Source: Candidatus Bathyarchaeota archaeon
GTDB lineage: Archaea > Thermoproteota > Bathyarchaeia > Bathyarchaeales > Bathycorpusculaceae
Assembly: GCA_963828195.1 (NCBI GenBank)
Contig: CAWHDT010000001.1
Location: 288,001-352,000, forward strand
Direction of reading: 5' to 3'
DNA: 64,000 nucleotides
Each line of letters begins with the position of its first letter. Position 1 is the first letter of the stretch. Positions 18,100-28,572 of the stretch are shown here, in pieces. Made by a program: the position numbers and the translations under genes. The notes under the pieces were generated by a model, which saw nothing but the letters and a program-made list of their open reading frames with translations, did not search any database and had not been told where the DNA came from.

Positions 18100-19614
18100 C
18101 TAACTTTCGTTCTTCGATGGATTTGAACAGACGATTGTCTGAAGTTCTTCCGTGGTTTTCGTGTTGCGGTATTCGCTGAAGCTTAAGCTTGCATCATTTT
18201 TCAGATACGCATCAATGAGGTTGGCGAGCGCAAACTTGACGTGTTCTGCTCTGACTCCGCGTTGAATTAGCTTCCCCAACGAGGGCTCTCCAGTGTTCCC
18301 TCTAATGTGCAGGTTGTAGCCTGGAACGTTTTTGCCTTCAGAAATCAACGCCATCCCCTGCAATCCTACATCCGCGATCAGGTGGCGGGCGCAGCCGTTT
18401 GGGCAGCCGCTAAAACTGACCCGTACCTTTATGTTTCTCAAATTGTCTCCAAAGCGCGCCTCGAGGTAATCTATGGTTTCTTTTGCGTCGTTTTTCGGGT
18501 GCCCGATGGTTTTTCCACAGAAGTTGCCCGCACAAGCGATGGTTGTCCATTTCAAACATGAATTGTTCAGTGAGTACCCGTTTTCTTCAAGGTTTTTCAC
18601 AGCCAAGCTTGCAGATTTGTCTGGGATGTTGGCTAAGATTACGTTTTGGAATGGGGTTAGACGCAACTCTCCGTTGCCAAATTCCTCGGCGGCTTCTGCG
18701 ATCTTTAGCATTTTTTCGCTTGATAATATGCCGCTGACGATTGGTATGTTTATGTATGACTTGCCTTCTTGTTTTTGAGGTTGGACGCCAACGTGTTCTC
18801 CTCTGCAGGATGGCAAACGCTCCAAAACGTATGGTTCAAATGTTTTCCCCATTTTATCTTCCATAGTTTTCCTTAGTTTTTCGGTTCCCCAAGAGTCAAC
18901 TAACCATCTGAAACGTGCTTTCGCCTTGATTTCTCTGGCTCCGAAATCCCTAAAGATTTCAGCTGTGCATTTCGCCACATCCAGGATTTCTTCTGGTTTC
19001 ACTATCACATTTAATTGCCTGGCAAGCTGCGGTACAGCCGCGACAGTTCCTCCGACTAAAACTGCAAAACCTACCTCTCCTGAAGGCCGCCTAACTGCAA
19101 CAAACGCCAAATCCTGGACTTCTGGATTCCCGCAGTGTAAGCTGCATCCTGAAACAGCAATCTTCAATTTTCTAGGCAAGTCAAGAAAATCTTTGTTGCC
19201 GTTAAAGTAACTGTCAAGTTGCTTAACTATCGGCCAAGTGTCGATTAACTCATGTTTATCTATGCCGGCCGCTGGGCAACTTACTACGGCTCGAACGTCG
19301 CCGCAGTGAGCGGTAGGAATTCCTTGGCCTCCATGATCCGTGGAAAAACCGATCTCACCCAGTTTTGTAAAAATCTCTAACGCTTTTTCAGATTCAACCC
19401 AATGCAGCTGTATGTTTTGTCGATCAGTGATTTCAGCATACCCTCTGCCGTACGCCGCGGATAGGTCGGCTATGGCTTTGAGTTGTTCAGCGTTTAGCTT
19501 GCCGTTCGGAATTTTTATCCTCAAAAAATAGTTGGAGTCGTCACACTTGTCCTTGCCTAACACGTATCGGTCGCGGAGAGCGTCAAGGTCTTTAGATGAA
19601 GAGTTTGAACTCAA
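18100..19614 (-). CDS. Ferredoxin-dependent nitrite/sulfite reductase (siroheme family)
   Basis: RIKIPNG, ITDRQNIQLHW, LPRKLKIAVSGC, LRLTPFQN, ACAGNFC...SGCPNGCARH. Confidence 0.88.
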   Translation of the reverse strand: MSSNSSSKDLDALRDRYVLGKDKCDDSNYFLRIKIPNGKLNAEQLKAIADLSAAYGRGYAEITDRQNIQLHWVESEKALEIFTKLGEIGFSTDHGGQGIPTAHCGDVRAVVSCPAAGIDKHELIDTWPIVKQLDSYFNGNKDFLDLPRKLKIAVSGCSLHCGNPEVQDLAFVAVRRPSGEVGFAVLVGGTVAAVPQLARQLNVIVKPEEILDVAKCTAEIFRDFGAREIKAKARFRWLVDSWGTEKLRKTMEDKMGKTFEPYVLERLPSCRGEHVGVQPQKQEGKSYINIPIVSGILSSEKMLKIAEAAEEFGNGELRLTPFQNVILANIPDKSASLAVKNLEENGYSLNNSCLKWTTIACAGNFCGKTIGHPKNDAKETIDYLEARFGDNLRNIKVRVSFSGCPNGCARHLIADVGLQGMALISEGKNVPGYNLHIRGNTGEPSLGKLIQRGVRAEHVKFALANLIDAYLKNDASLSFSEYRNTKTTEELQTIVCSNPSKNES

Positions 19615-19753
19615 AATTGTAACACCTATTATTGTTCTGAAGAGTTTAACTAAAATCTCAGTGTTTTGGATGGTTAAATACTATTTGTCTTACAATATTC
19701 GCTTTTGCGCGGGAAAATGTAAATTAATGTTGGCTCAACATCTTTTCTAGTGT

Positions 19754-20551
19754 GTGAACATTATGAAAGTAGCAGTTTCCGGTAAAGGCGGAGTCGGCAA
19801 AACCCTCATTGCAGGCGGCTTAGCCAAAGGCTTTGCTGACCGCGGATTAAAAACCATAGCGATCGACGCAGATTCCTCTCCTAACCTCGGCTTAACTCTG
19901 GGGTTATCGACGGAGGAAACCCGCAAAATCGTTCCCATTTCAGAGAACAAAACGTTGGTTGAATCTAAAACAAGCACGGGTTACTCGGGCGTTTACCGCT
20001 TGCAGTTCACCGTTGACGACATAGTCCGAGATTACTCCGTAAGCACTCCGCTTGGCCCGAACTTGATTGTGATGGGTACCGTACAGTCAATGGACGCAGG
20101 ATGCATGTGCGCACCCAACGCCGTCATACGCGCTCTCCTAAGGCACCTTGTCGTTGAGCGCGACGAAGCGGTTGTTTTAGATTTAGAAGCTGGCGTCGAA
20201 CATATCGGCAGAGGCACAGCAAGGCAAGTTGACGCATTACTTATCGTTGCTGATTCAAATCTGAAATCCTTAGAGATCGCCAAGCACATTCATGATATGG
20301 CTAAAGCCGCTGGGATGCAGCAGCTCTACCTGGTAGGAAACAGAGTTATGAACCCGGCTCAGAAGGAAGCCATCAGCAGTTTCGCAGAAAAAAACGGTTT
20401 AACCCTACTTACCTATGTGCCGTTTGACCAAAAAATCACTGAAGCAGACATGCTGGGCGAAACTCCGCTTAAAAACAAAGAAATCCTAGCAGTTAAAACC
20501 ATAGATGATATATGCGAGCTTTTACTAAAGAAAACATCGGTAACCCTTTGA
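19754..20551 (+). CDS. cooC: CO dehydrogenase nickel-insertion ATPase
   Basis: GKGGVGKT, DADSSPNL, GCMC, DLEAGVEH. Confidence 0.9.
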   Translation: MNIMKVAVSGKGGVGKTLIAGGLAKGFADRGLKTIAIDADSSPNLGLTLGLSTEETRKIVPISENKTLVESKTSTGYSGVYRLQFTVDDIVRDYSVSTPLGPNLIVMGTVQSMDAGCMCAPNAVIRALLRHLVVERDEAVVLDLEAGVEHIGRGTARQVDALLIVADSNLKSLEIAKHIHDMAKAAGMQQLYLVGNRVMNPAQKEAISSFAEKNGLTLLTYVPFDQKITEADMLGETPLKNKEILAVKTIDDICELLLKKTSVTL

Positions 20552-20561
20552 GGTTTTTGAA

Positions 20562-21326
20562 ATGAAAACTCTTGTAACTATCGGTCGTGGAGGAACAGGA
20601 AAATCCAGTTTCACCGCCCTTATGGCTAAATCCCTTATCGAATCTGGGCAAGCGCCTCTGCTGCTTGTTGATGCTGACCCAGACCAAAACCTCGCCGAAA
20701 TGCTTGGAATAGACCTTAAAGAGGCAGGAAAATCAACCATAGCCGAACTTCTTGTCAGTACATTCATTGTGCAAGGCGGCACCACAGTGGGTGTTCCTCC
20801 AACTGAGCGAATTGAAAGCAGAATTTGGGAAAACGGCTTGTTCGAGAGCAAAAACTTTGATTTCCTTGCAGTCGGCACCAAATGGGTTGAAGGCTGCTAC
20901 TGCATGCCCAACTCCGCTTTGAAAGGTGCACTAGAATCGTTAACAAAAAACTACAAATACATCCTTGTCAACTCGCCAGCGGGACTTGAAAACCTAAACC
21001 GAAGAATCACCTCAAACGTTAATGACGTATTTGACATTCTTGACCACTCAAAAAAATCGTTGGATCACGTGAAACGCGCCTACAAAATAGCCCAGGAAGT
21101 TGATATGAAGTTTGATAACTTCTATCTGGTTGGCGGCTACCGTTTTCCCGCAGAACTCGGCAAGCAGGCTGAAGCTGATTTGAAGTTCAAGTTTTTAGGA
21201 AAAATCGCTCAGGATGAACAGTTAGATGATTACGTTCTTGACGGGAAGTCGCTGCTTGATTTGCCCTCTGACAACAAAGCGTATGCTTCAGTAAAAGCCA
21301 TCATGAAAACGTTAGGTTATCTATAG
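20562..21326 (+). CDS. Second CooC/AcsF-like ATPase with variant motifs
   Basis: GRGGTGKS, DADPDQNL, EGCYC, NSPAGLE. Confidence 0.8.
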   Translation: MKTLVTIGRGGTGKSSFTALMAKSLIESGQAPLLLVDADPDQNLAEMLGIDLKEAGKSTIAELLVSTFIVQGGTTVGVPPTERIESRIWENGLFESKNFDFLAVGTKWVEGCYCMPNSALKGALESLTKNYKYILVNSPAGLENLNRRITSNVNDVFDILDHSKKSLDHVKRAYKIAQEVDMKFDNFYLVGGYRFPAELGKQAEADLKFKFLGKIAQDEQLDDYVLDGKSLLDLPSDNKAYASVKAIMKTLGYL

Positions 21327-21476
21327 AAAACCTTTACACACCCCCTAAAATAATTTACACAATTTTTTTGAAACCTTACTTTTCTGCAGATTTATCGTAG
21401 CTTTTTCCCAATCTTCTGGAAAGGTTTAAAAAGATTGTAAGGAAGTTTATTCCTAAACCTTTACAGAGGTTTCAAT

Positions 21477-23825
21477 TTGACGACTAAAAACGTTAACATA
21501 AAAATTGATGAAATGAAGACTAACACTGGTTCCATAAAAAACCTTGAAGTGTCCATCGGCAAAGTTATCAACGACAACTATACTGAACCCATGGGGCCAA
21601 CCCCTATGCCCTCCATGACCACCCTGAGGGACTGGGACATGAAACTCCTCAACAAGTACAAGCCTTTCTATATGCCTGATTGTGATCTGTGCTGTCTATG
21701 CACTTTTGGAAAATGTGACCTGACGGCAGGAAAACGCGGTGCATGCGGTTTAGACATTGCAACCCAATCATCTCGTATCGTGATGTTAGCTTGTGCAATC
21801 GGCGCAGCATGCCACTCAGCACATTCACGTCACTTAGTTGAACACTTAATTGAAAAATACGGTCGCAGATACCCATTAGACATCGGTGGCTTAAACATTA
21901 AAGTTGAAGCTCCGGTTACACGCCTTGTAACAGGTATAAAGCCTGAAACTCTTGGTGACTTGGAGGAAGTATTATCTTATGTTGAAGAACAAATCACACA
22001 AGTTCTCGCAGTAGGACACACAGGCCAAGAAGGGCACAACTTAGATTTTGAATCCAAAGCTTTCCACGTCGGCATGATCGACCACGTTGGTATGGAAGTC
22101 GGTGACATTGCACAGATTTCCACCTTGGGTTACCCGAAAGCTGAAGCTGACACACCGCTTGTGAAACTTGGCATCGGCAGTGTTGATCGCGCAAAACCCG
22201 TTATCATGGTCATCGGACACAATGTTGTTCCATCAATTGGAATAATCGATTATGCGAAAGAAACCAAAGCCGATGAAAAAATAGAAATCGTCGGCTTATG
22301 TTGTACAGCACATGACATAACCAGGTACTACAATAAAGCTAGAATAGTAGGACCAATCAGTTGGGAGTTAAGATACATACGTGCAGGATTAGCGGACGTA
22401 GTCGTTCTTGACGAACAATGCATCCGAACAGATGTGTATGAAGAGGCAGCAAAAGTTCACGCTCCAGTAATCGCTGCATCAGAAAAGAATTGCATGGGCT
22501 TCAAAAACCGCACAAATGATCCGGCAGACGAAATTGTCTCTGACCTAGTAAGCGGCAAAGTCCAAGGCGTATTGATCCTTGACCCAGAAAAAGTTGGCGA
22601 AGTCGCGGTTCGTGTTGCCCAGAGCGTTGCTCCAATACGCAAACGAAAGAGCAGCCTCCCGACCTTAGAAGAAATAACACAAATTGCCAAGACCTGTACC
22701 CAATGCAAGAGTTGCCAACGCAACTGCCCACAAGATTACGCTATTCCAGCAGCTATCAAGGCGGCAGCCAAAGGCGATATAACCTTACTTACCGACCTAT
22801 ATGAGACCTGCATTGGCTGCGGAAGATGTGAAGAAGCTTGCCCGCAGAAAATCATGATCCACAGCCTTATCGTTAAAGCAGGCGAAAAAGCCATGTATGC
22901 AGAAAACAACCTTTGCCGTGTAGGTAGAGGTGCAGTTTCAGACGTTGAAATCCGCAATGTCGGCAGCCCCATCGTCCTAGGAGAAATCCCGGGTATCGTT
23001 GCAGTAGTGGGCTGCAGTAACTATCCAAAAGGCGGAAAAGACGTCTATGACATATGCAGAGAATTCGCGCTCAGACGATACATCGTTGTCTTATCAGGCT
23101 GCTCAGCCATGTCAGCAGGCAGCTACCGCAACAGCGAGGGCCAAACAATATACGAAGAATTCCCCGGCGGATTCGAAGCCGGCGGAGTACTCAATGTCGG
23201 CTCATGCGTTGCAAACAGCCACATCGCAGGCGCGGCCATTAAAGTAGCAAACATCTTTGCCAAACGCCCATTAAGAGGTAATTACGAAGAAATCGCAGAT
23301 TACATACATAACCGCTTAGGTGCAGTCGGTTTAGCTTGGGGTGCATATTCACAGAAGGCCGCAGCAATCGGCGCAGGATTCTGGCGGTTAGGCATACCCG
23401 TCCTCGTTGGTCCACACGGCGTAAAATACCGTCGTATGCTCCTTGGCAGAGAAGACCATCCGGAAGACTTCGAAGTTTACGATGCGCGTACAGGTGACAA
23501 AGTTCGAGTTGGACCAGCACCAGAGCACCTTTTCAATTCTGTCGAAACCAAAGAAGAGTGTATGGTTGCAATCGCAAAACTCTGCATTAGACCCAACGAC
23601 ACATGGAAAGGACGAAGCATAAAACTGAGCCACTACGTTGACTTAAGCAAGCGCTACATGGGCGTAATGCCAACCGATCTACATTTGTTCGTGAGAACAA
23701 TGGCTGATGTCCCAATGACCATGAAAGATGAATTCACAAAGATATTAGAAGAGCACGACTGGAAAGAAACAGTAATTCCAGATCCAACCTTGCTTCCAAG
23801 AATGGTTCGAAAAATGAAGGAGTAA
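21477..23825 (+). CDS. cdhA: ACDS complex alpha subunit (CO dehydrogenase)
   Basis: CDLCCLCTFGKC, IGHN, GLCCT, two 4Fe-4S motifs, VGCSNY, GSCVAN, WGAYSQKA. Confidence 0.97.
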   Translation: MTTKNVNIKIDEMKTNTGSIKNLEVSIGKVINDNYTEPMGPTPMPSMTTLRDWDMKLLNKYKPFYMPDCDLCCLCTFGKCDLTAGKRGACGLDIATQSSRIVMLACAIGAACHSAHSRHLVEHLIEKYGRRYPLDIGGLNIKVEAPVTRLVTGIKPETLGDLEEVLSYVEEQITQVLAVGHTGQEGHNLDFESKAFHVGMIDHVGMEVGDIAQISTLGYPKAEADTPLVKLGIGSVDRAKPVIMVIGHNVVPSIGIIDYAKETKADEKIEIVGLCCTAHDITRYYNKARIVGPISWELRYIRAGLADVVVLDEQCIRTDVYEEAAKVHAPVIAASEKNCMGFKNRTNDPADEIVSDLVSGKVQGVLILDPEKVGEVAVRVAQSVAPIRKRKSSLPTLEEITQIAKTCTQCKSCQRNCPQDYAIPAAIKAAAKGDITLLTDLYETCIGCGRCEEACPQKIMIHSLIVKAGEKAMYAENNLCRVGRGAVSDVEIRNVGSPIVLGEIPGIVAVVGCSNYPKGGKDVYDICREFALRRYIVVLSGCSAMSAGSYRNSEGQTIYEEFPGGFEAGGVLNVGSCVANSHIAGAAIKVANIFAKRPLRGNYEEIADYIHNRLGAVGLAWGAYSQKAAAIGAGFWRLGIPVLVGPHGVKYRRMLLGREDHPEDFEVYDARTGDKVRVGPAPEHLFNSVETKEECMVAIAKLCIRPNDTWKGRSIKLSHYVDLSKRYMGVMPTDLHLFVRTMADVPMTMKDEFTKILEEHDWKETVIPDPTLLPRMVRKMKE

Positions 23826-23840
23826 ATGGAGAGATAAAAC

Positions 23841-24383
23841 ATGTCCTGTGAACCCTGGCAATGTGCAGAAATCGCTTCAACTAAAAAAGCAAATCCGATT
23901 CAAAAACCCGAGATAGCAGTTGCAATGATCAAAAAAGCGCAACGCCCCATTCTTGTAGTGGGCAGTAACGCTACCGAAAGGTGCTTGGAAGGCAAACAAT
24001 TGATCGAGTACATAATAGATCTCGCTAACGCATCAAAAGTACCAGTAGTCGCAACAGCTCACATGGTCGGCGAATTTATAAAACGCGGATACCAACCGGC
24101 AGCATTTATGAATGCGATGGAAATCGGCAATCTAGTTGTTGATCCAACTTGGCAAGGTTTAGACGGCAAAGGTCACCCAGACCTAGTAATGTTTGTCGGG
24201 TTACCTTACTATGTTGAATCGTTAGTGCTCTGCGGACTCAAACATTTTGCACCCGACCTAAAAACCATGACCCTCGACAACCTGTTCCACGTTCACGCAA
24301 GCTGGTCTTTCCCAAACGCATCCCTTGAAGAATGGGCTGCAAACCTCAAAGTAATGACTTCAAAATTTAATGGAGGAAACTAA
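23841..24383 (+). CDS. cdhB: ACDS complex epsilon subunit
   Basis: IKKAQRPILVVG, WQGLDGKGHPDLV, LKHFAP; position in operon. Confidence 0.95.
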   Translation: MSCEPWQCAEIASTKKANPIQKPEIAVAMIKKAQRPILVVGSNATERCLEGKQLIEYIIDLANASKVPVVATAHMVGEFIKRGYQPAAFMNAMEIGNLVVDPTWQGLDGKGHPDLVMFVGLPYYVESLVLCGLKHFAPDLKTMTLDNLFHVHASWSFPNASLEEWAANLKVMTSKFNGGN

Positions 24384-24386
24384 AAA

Positions 24387-25799
24387 ATGTCTATGTTTAA
24401 AGATATACCCGTTGATGTTGGCGTAATCTACGAAGGAGAACGCATCAGAAGAAACGACATGCAAGTAGAACTCGGTGGACCCACAGTTAAACAAAAGTTT
24501 GAACTGGCAAAAGTAAAACCCATGGATGAGATCGACGATGGAAAAATCACCATCATAGGTCCAGACTTAAAAGATCTGAAGGAAGGCGGCGCATACCCAT
24601 TCGGCATTCTTGTTGAAGCTGCAGGCTCAAAGCTTGATGCAGGCCTTGAAGGTGTCATCGAGCGACGCATTCACGGCTACTTGAACTACATCGAAGGCTT
24701 CATGCACCTAAACCAGCGATATGACATCTGGATACGCATAGGCAAAAAATCATTCCAAAAAGGCTTAAACAGTTTTGAACCAATCGGCAAAGTCCTCTAC
24801 CGCCTATTCAAAAGCGAATTGCCAATCATCGAGAAAGTCCAAATTACCTTCATAACAGACCCAGCTAAACTTGACGAAATGACTCCTGAAGCAATCCAAG
24901 CATATGAATCGCGCGACGCCAAAGCAAGAGGCCTCAAAGACGAGGACGTAGACACATTCTACGGCTGCGCTCTATGCCAATCATTCGCGCCAAGCCACGT
25001 CTGCGTAATCACACCTCAAAGATACAGCAACTGCGGCGCCATCAGTTGGTTCGATGGCAAAGCCTCAGCAAGCATAGATCCGAAAGGTCCAGTCTTCGCA
25101 ATACCCAGAGGTCAAATGATCAACGCGGAGAAAGGCGAATTCTCAGGCGTCAACGAAGCAGCCAAGAAACGCAGCATGGGCGAAGTTAACCAAGTCTGGC
25201 TATACACAGCCTTTGATCACCCACACACTTCGTGTGGATGCTTCGAGGCAGTAACCTTCTACGTACCAGAGGTTGACGGATTAGCAGTAGTGCACAGAAG
25301 CTTCAAAGGCGCAACCGTAAACGGTTTACCATTCAGCACAATCGCAGACTCAGCAGCTGGCGGAAGACAAATCGACGGCTTCCACGGAATGTCTATCGAA
25401 TACATGAGAAGCAAGAAATTCTTCGCAGCAGACGGCGGATGGAACCGTGTAGTTTGGGTGCCTAAAGAAGTTAAAGAACGCGTTAAAGACTTCATTCCAA
25501 CAGAACTCGTTGATAAAATTGCAACTGAAGAAGACGCAAAGAATGTCGATGAACTCAAGGCTTTCCTGACGGCTAAGAATCACCCAGTTGTAGCAAGGTG
25601 GGCAGCCGAAGAAGCAGCAGCACCTGAAGCACAAGCAGTACAAGTTAACGAGGAAGCAGCGGGCACAATGATGCCAGTTGCAACCGCAGCATCACTACCC
25701 ATAATGGCCGGCGGATTCAAAATCATACTCAAAGACGCAAAAATCTACGCTAACAAAGTAATCATAACAACAGTCAAAGACGACAAAGACAAACGGTGA
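24387..25799 (+). CDS. cdhC: ACDS complex beta subunit (acetyl-CoA synthase)
   Basis: YEGERIR, FYGCALCQSFAPSHVC, NCGAISW, HTSCGCFE. Confidence 0.97.
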   Translation: MSMFKDIPVDVGVIYEGERIRRNDMQVELGGPTVKQKFELAKVKPMDEIDDGKITIIGPDLKDLKEGGAYPFGILVEAAGSKLDAGLEGVIERRIHGYLNYIEGFMHLNQRYDIWIRIGKKSFQKGLNSFEPIGKVLYRLFKSELPIIEKVQITFITDPAKLDEMTPEAIQAYESRDAKARGLKDEDVDTFYGCALCQSFAPSHVCVITPQRYSNCGAISWFDGKASASIDPKGPVFAIPRGQMINAEKGEFSGVNEAAKKRSMGEVNQVWLYTAFDHPHTSCGCFEAVTFYVPEVDGLAVVHRSFKGATVNGLPFSTIADSAAGGRQIDGFHGMSIEYMRSKKFFAADGGWNRVVWVPKEVKERVKDFIPTELVDKIATEEDAKNVDELKAFLTAKNHPVVARWAAEEAAAPEAQAVQVNEEAAGTMMPVATAASLPIMAGGFKIILKDAKIYANKVIITTVKDDKDKR

Positions 25800-27028
25800 T
25801 ATCTACGCCCCAAAACGACGCAGACAAAAAGACAGAAAGCGAAGGACTAAAACTCAGCGACGATCTGCTGAAAGCGCTTGCAAAATTCCAGCAAATTGAG
25901 CTGGAAGATTTCCAAATGGACGTCAAAGACCTAGAAATCGTCTTTGAACCCGGAATGGCTGGGCAAATAATGCCCAAACTTAAGCTTCCAGGCATAGCGG
26001 GCGGAAAACCAGTTTCAATGTTGCAGGCAGCTTTTCTGCCTCCAGTTGAGACCTACCCAAACAAGATCACTGAAGTAAAACTTGGGGCAACCAAAAGCGA
26101 AGGCGGGACACGCGGAAGATCATTCACCATAGGCGGAGAAGTTTCCCCTGCATTCTACAATTTTGAGCGACCAACCACTCATAAACCCGTAATTACCCTT
26201 GACGTTTTCGACATGGAAGTTCCGCTGAGCAAAGCTGTCAAAATGCACGTAAAAGACGTCGTCGGCGACCCAGCAGCATGGGCAAAACTTGCGGTAGACC
26301 AGTTCAAGGCGGATATGGTTACAATTCACTTAATCAGCATCGACCCTCTGCTCAAAGACGCTACGCCGAAAGACGCGGTGAAAACCGTTGAGAAGGTTCT
26401 GCAAGCCGTTGACGTTCCACTCGTTATCGGCGGATGCGGTGACCCAGTTAAAGACGCAGACGTTTTCCAAGCAATATGCGAAGCTTTCCCAGGTGAACGT
26501 TTCCTAATCAGCTCAATAACTCGGGATATGGATGTTGAGCGATGCGCAAAATACGTTAAAAAGAACGGACACGTAGCACTTTCATTCACTCCTATGGACT
26601 TGAATTTGGCACGTGAACTTAACAGGCGACTATACGATTTCTTGGCAAGAGAAGACATAGTCATGGACTTAACCACTGCAGCATTGGGCTACGGCTTAGA
26701 TTACGCGTTCACCAACATGGAGCGTGCAAGACTCGGCGGCTTAATGGGCGACTCTGAATTAGCTCACCCAATGTCCTCAGGAACAACCAACGCTTGGGCA
26801 GCAAGAGAAGCATGGCTAAAAATGTCAGCTGAATGGGAACCAAGAGAACTTCGAGGTCCACTCTGGGAAGTAACAACAGCCTTAACACTGTTGCTCGCTG
26901 GCGTTGACTTATTCATGATGATGCACCCTGCAGCCGTAAAAACACTAAAAGACGTAACAAACTACCTGACCAGCGGCAAAAAAGCAGATGCTTCCAAATT
27001 TGCCGATTGGGTAACATTAAAGGCTTAG
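25796..27028 (+). CDS. cdhD: ACDS delta subunit (corrinoid Fe-S protein small subunit)
   Basis: GATKSEGGTRG, TAALGYGLDY, NAWAAREAW, MMHP. Confidence 0.95.
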   Translation: MISTPQNDADKKTESEGLKLSDDLLKALAKFQQIELEDFQMDVKDLEIVFEPGMAGQIMPKLKLPGIAGGKPVSMLQAAFLPPVETYPNKITEVKLGATKSEGGTRGRSFTIGGEVSPAFYNFERPTTHKPVITLDVFDMEVPLSKAVKMHVKDVVGDPAAWAKLAVDQFKADMVTIHLISIDPLLKDATPKDAVKTVEKVLQAVDVPLVIGGCGDPVKDADVFQAICEAFPGERFLISSITRDMDVERCAKYVKKNGHVALSFTPMDLNLARELNRRLYDFLAREDIVMDLTTAALGYGLDYAFTNMERARLGGLMGDSELAHPMSSGTTNAWAAREAWLKMSAEWEPRELRGPLWEVTTALTLLLAGVDLFMMMHPAAVKTLKDVTNYLTSGKKADASKFADWVTLKA

Positions 27029-27032
27029 GAGT

Positions 27033-28466
27033 TTGATTGACATGACAGAAAAAAAGAAAGCTGGACTCAAAGAATTAAGCCCCATAGACGTTTACAAGCT
27101 TCTTCCAAAAATTAACTGCAAAGAATGCGGCGTCAACAACTGCATGGCTTTTGCGACAAAAATTGTTAACCGCGAAATGAACATTGAGCAGTGCCCACCG
27201 CTGAAAAAGAAGGAAAACGAGAAAGCATACAATCAACTAAAAGAACTGCTAAAACCCGCAGTCAAAGAAGTCATTGTCGGTGCAGGAGAAAATGCGCGCA
27301 AACTCGGCGGCAAACTAGTCATGTACCGCCACGAATTCACCTACGTAAACCCCACAGCCATCGCAATAGACGTCACTGACGAAATGGAGACGCAGGAAGT
27401 TGAAAGCCGAATAAAACGCACAGCAAACTACAGCTTCGAATACATCGGCTACACGCTAAAGCTGGATATGATTGCTGTCCGCTCAACATCAGGTGACGCT
27501 GAGAAATTCAAGGCAGTCGTGAAAAAAGTTGCTGAAACAACCAAGCTGCCAATGGTTCTATGCTCCTTGAACTCCACCGTTCTTGAAGCTGGACTGATGG
27601 CGGCTCCGAAAGCAAGACCTCTACTTTATGCAGCTACCAAAGAAAACTGGAAAGACATGGCGGAACTCGCCTTAATGTACAGTTGCCCACTTGTGGTTTC
27701 TGCGCCAAACGACCTAAACACGCTGGTTTCGCTAGTTAAAACCTTGACTGCTTACGGCGTAACTGACTTGGTTTTAGACCCAGGCACATTCCCAAACGAA
27801 GGCTTACCCGACACAATAAACAACTTTACGATGCTCCGAAGAGCAGCAACTAGAGGCGGCGAAGAACTCGCTGGATTCCCATTGATGGGTGTTCCTATGG
27901 CTGCTTGGGTAGGTAAAGGCGAAACAGCTGACGACCTCATCAAATGGCGTGAAGCATACTTAGCAGCCATGCTTGTTGTACGCTACGCAGACATACTTGT
28001 AATGCACGGAAATGACGGGTGGTCACTTTTGCCCATAACGGTGCTAAGACAAAACATTTACACCGACCCACGCAAACCAGTCGCGGTTGCTCCAGGACTC
28101 AAAGTGTTCGGAACGCCAGACGAAAACTCGCCAGTCATGTTCACCTCGAACTTCGCATTGACCTACTACACTGTCGCCTCAGACTTAGACAGCAACAAAC
28201 TCAACGCCTACCTCATCGTCGTCGAAACTGAAGGCTCAGCCATAGATAGCGGAGTCGCAGGACGCAAACTCACCGCCGAACGAGTCGCAGACGCAATTAA
28301 ATCCTCAGGCATAGAGAGCAAAGTCAAGCACAGAAAAATCATCATCCCAGGAAAAGCCTCACGCATAAGCGGCGAAATCGAAGAACTCAGCGGCTGGAAA
28401 GTCCAAGTTGGACCACGCGACAGCAGCGAAATACCCAAATACCTCATAGAAAAATGGCAACCCTAA
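27033..28466 (+). CDS. cdhE: ACDS gamma subunit (corrinoid Fe-S protein large subunit)
   Basis: LPKINCKECGVNNCMAFA, RQNIYTDPRKP, NFALTYY, VGPRDSSEIP. Confidence 0.97.
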   Translation: MIDMTEKKKAGLKELSPIDVYKLLPKINCKECGVNNCMAFATKIVNREMNIEQCPPLKKKENEKAYNQLKELLKPAVKEVIVGAGENARKLGGKLVMYRHEFTYVNPTAIAIDVTDEMETQEVESRIKRTANYSFEYIGYTLKLDMIAVRSTSGDAEKFKAVVKKVAETTKLPMVLCSLNSTVLEAGLMAAPKARPLLYAATKENWKDMAELALMYSCPLVVSAPNDLNTLVSLVKTLTAYGVTDLVLDPGTFPNEGLPDTINNFTMLRRAATRGGEELAGFPLMGVPMAAWVGKGETADDLIKWREAYLAAMLVVRYADILVMHGNDGWSLLPITVLRQNIYTDPRKPVAVAPGLKVFGTPDENSPVMFTSNFALTYYTVASDLDSNKLNAYLIVVETEGSAIDSGVAGRKLTAERVADAIKSSGIESKVKHRKIIIPGKASRISGEIEELSGWKVQVGPRDSSEIPKYLIEKWQP

Positions 28467-28535
28467 GCCACCCTTTTCTTTCTCCATTTTCAATTTGGTT
28501 TTTCTTAGGACTTTTTTTAAGGGCATAATGCTTTT

Positions 28536-28571
28536 TACTTACGGGACGTAAGTACTTACTGGACGTAAGTA
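28536..28571. repeat. Two tandem 19-bp palindromes TACTTAC(G/T)-NNN-CGTAAGTA directly before the ATPase ATG
   Basis: tacttacg-gga-cgtaagta (28536-28554) and tacttact-gga-cgtaagta (28553-28571). Confidence 0.85.
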
Positions 28572-28572
28572 A

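Noticed and set aside
21649-28447. Many short antisense and alternate-frame ORFs inside the cdh operon (similar ones occur in the pur, ATPase and ppk genes)
   Set aside because: They overlap strongly supported genes and have no motifs; codon-bias shadows
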